From Bugula neritina (Eukaryota > Animalia > Bryozoa): a stretch of 64,000 bases of DNA. This document shows, one piece after another, positions 62,420 through 64,000 of this stretch. Location: the NCBI GenBank assembly GCA_964035545.1, contig OZ037766.1:33507923-33571922 (forward strand), given 5' to 3'. Under the pieces are notes generated by a model. The model saw nothing but the letters and a program-made list of their open reading frames with translations. It was not told the origin of the DNA and searched no databases. A program made the translations under genes and the position numbers. Each line of letters opens with the position of its first letter. Position 1 is the first letter of the stretch.

Positions 62420-62879
62420 ATAATCCATGAACTGTGAATAGCCGCTGTCCATTAGTTGAACAAGTATGGAAAATGACAACATACTGAAGAGGGTGCGAGC
62501 TGTAGATTAATAGTGTATAATATTAAGATGATTCATTGATCAGCAATGGAAGAGAGTGGGTGAAGCATTAAGTTTAAAAAGCATAGCCCTAAAAAGCATT
62601 AAGTATTAAAGAAACCATGAGGCCAATATACTTTGAAATATAACAAGTTTCATTCAATTTAGGATGAGGATAACTCTAACATGCTGAAGAGTGACTGTAA
62701 GATATGATAGAAAAGTGAAGTTGTATACAAAACCACCAAATGGGAGGTTATGTAAGTTGTATGTTGACTTTGATTAATGCAATCTGCTAAATTAACTCCT
62801 CATCAAATCAGTCCAGCATTATGTATCTGATCACGAGTTTGGCATACTGGCCATATGTAAGCTTGCAGTTGCAGTTGCT

Positions 62880-64000
62880 GGGGTTTAGGGTTTGGGGTTT
62901 GGGGTTTGGGGTTTGGGGTTTGGGGTTTGGGGTTTGGGGTTTGGGGTTTGGGGTTTGGGGTTTGGGGTTTGGGGTTTGGGGTTTGGGGTTTGGGGTTTGG
63001 GGTTTGGGGTTTGGGGTTTGGGGTTTGGGGTTTGGGGTTTGGGGTTTGGGGTTTGGGGTTTGGGGTTTGGGGTTTGGGGTTTGGGGTTTGGGGTTTGGGG
63101 TTTGGGGTTTGGGGTTTGGGGTTTGGGGTTTGGGGTTTGGGGTTTGGGGTTTGGGGTTTGGGGTTTGGGGTTTGGGGTTTGGGGTTTGGGGTTTGGGGTT
63201 TGGGGTTTGGGGTTTGGGGTTTGGGGTTTGGGGTTTGGGGTTTGGGGTTTGGGGTTTGGGGTTTGGGGTTTGGGGTTTGGGGTTTGGGGTTTGGGGTTTG
63301 GGGTTTGGGGTTTGGGGTTTGGGGTTTGGGGTTTGGGGTTTGGGGTTTGGGGTTTGGGGTTTGGGGTTTGGGGTTTGGGGTTTGGGGTTTGGGGTTCGGG
63401 GTTCGGGGTTCGGGGTTCGGGGTTTGGGGTTTGGGGTTTGGGGTTTGGGGTTTGGGGTTTGGGGTTTGGGGTTTGGGGTTTGGGGTTTGGGGTTTGGGGT
63501 TTGGGGTTTGGGGTTTGGGGTTTGGGGTTTGGGGTTTGGGGTTTGGGGTTTGGGGTTTGGGGTTTGGGGTTTGGGGTTTGGGGTTTGGGGTTTGGGGTTT
63601 GGGGTTTGGGGTTTGGGGTTTGGGGTTTGGGGTTTGGGGTTTGGGGTTTGGGGTTTGGGGTTTGGGGTTTGGGGTTTGGGGTTTGGGGTTTGGGGTTTGG
63701 GGTTTGGGGTTTGGGGTTTGGGGTTTGGGGTTTGGGGTTTGGGGTTTGGGGTTTGGGGTTTGGGGTTTGGGGTTTGGGGTTTGGGGTTTGGGGTTTGGGG
63801 TTTGGGGTTTGGGGTTTGGGGTTTGGGGTTTGGGGTTTGGGGTTTGGGGTTTGGGGTTTGGGGTTTGGGGTTTGGGGTTTGGGGTTTGGGGTTTGGGGTT
63901 TGGGGTTTGGGTTTGGGGTTTGGGGTTTGGGGTTTGGGGTTTGGGGTTTGGGGTTTGGGGTTTGGGGTTTGGGGTTTGGGGTTTGGGGTTTGGGGTTTGG
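62880..64000 (+). repeat. Telomeric repeat array (TTTGGGG)n, about 160 units, G-rich strand running 5'->3' toward the window end
   Basis: Highly homogeneous 7-mer array running to the last base, with the correct polarity for a chromosome end and preceded by subtelomere-like duplications. Variants: TTTAGGG (62884-90), TTCGGGG x4 (63395-63422), TTTGGG (63906-11). Confidence 0.92.

Noticed and set aside
41000-62880. Telomere-specific retrotransposon (TRAS/SART/HeT-A-like) or telomerase RNA gene in the subtelomere
   Set aside because: No long ORF, RT motif or poly(A) junction was seen, and no convincing template-containing segment was recognised by eye.

Overview
Eukaryotic (animal, invertebrate-like) AT-rich chromosome end. 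From left to right the window holds: (1) the last exon of cytoplasmic arginyl-tRNA synthetase (RARS1, 735-844); (2) a complete 10-coding-exon gene for a secreted olfactomedin-domain protein of about 611 aa (3547-25686), in which almost every intron is filled by its own private tandem repeat, several carrying copies of splice-site sequence; (3) a pogo/Tigger-like DNA transposon relic; (4) a gene with three C2H2 zinc fingers; (5) a LINE reverse-transcriptase fragment; (6) a disrupted C2H2 zinc-finger pseudogene; (7) an intron-containing PSMB7 pseudogene on the minus strand; (8) about 19 kb of subtelomeric mosaic segmental duplications with TIR elements and repeated minus-strand exon-like modules; and (9) a terminal telomere array of the non-canonical 7-mer (TTTGGGG)n from 62880 to the window end. 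Gene models were built by hand from splice signals, exon phase and protein motifs. No database search or expression data was available, so family calls rest on recognised motifs.
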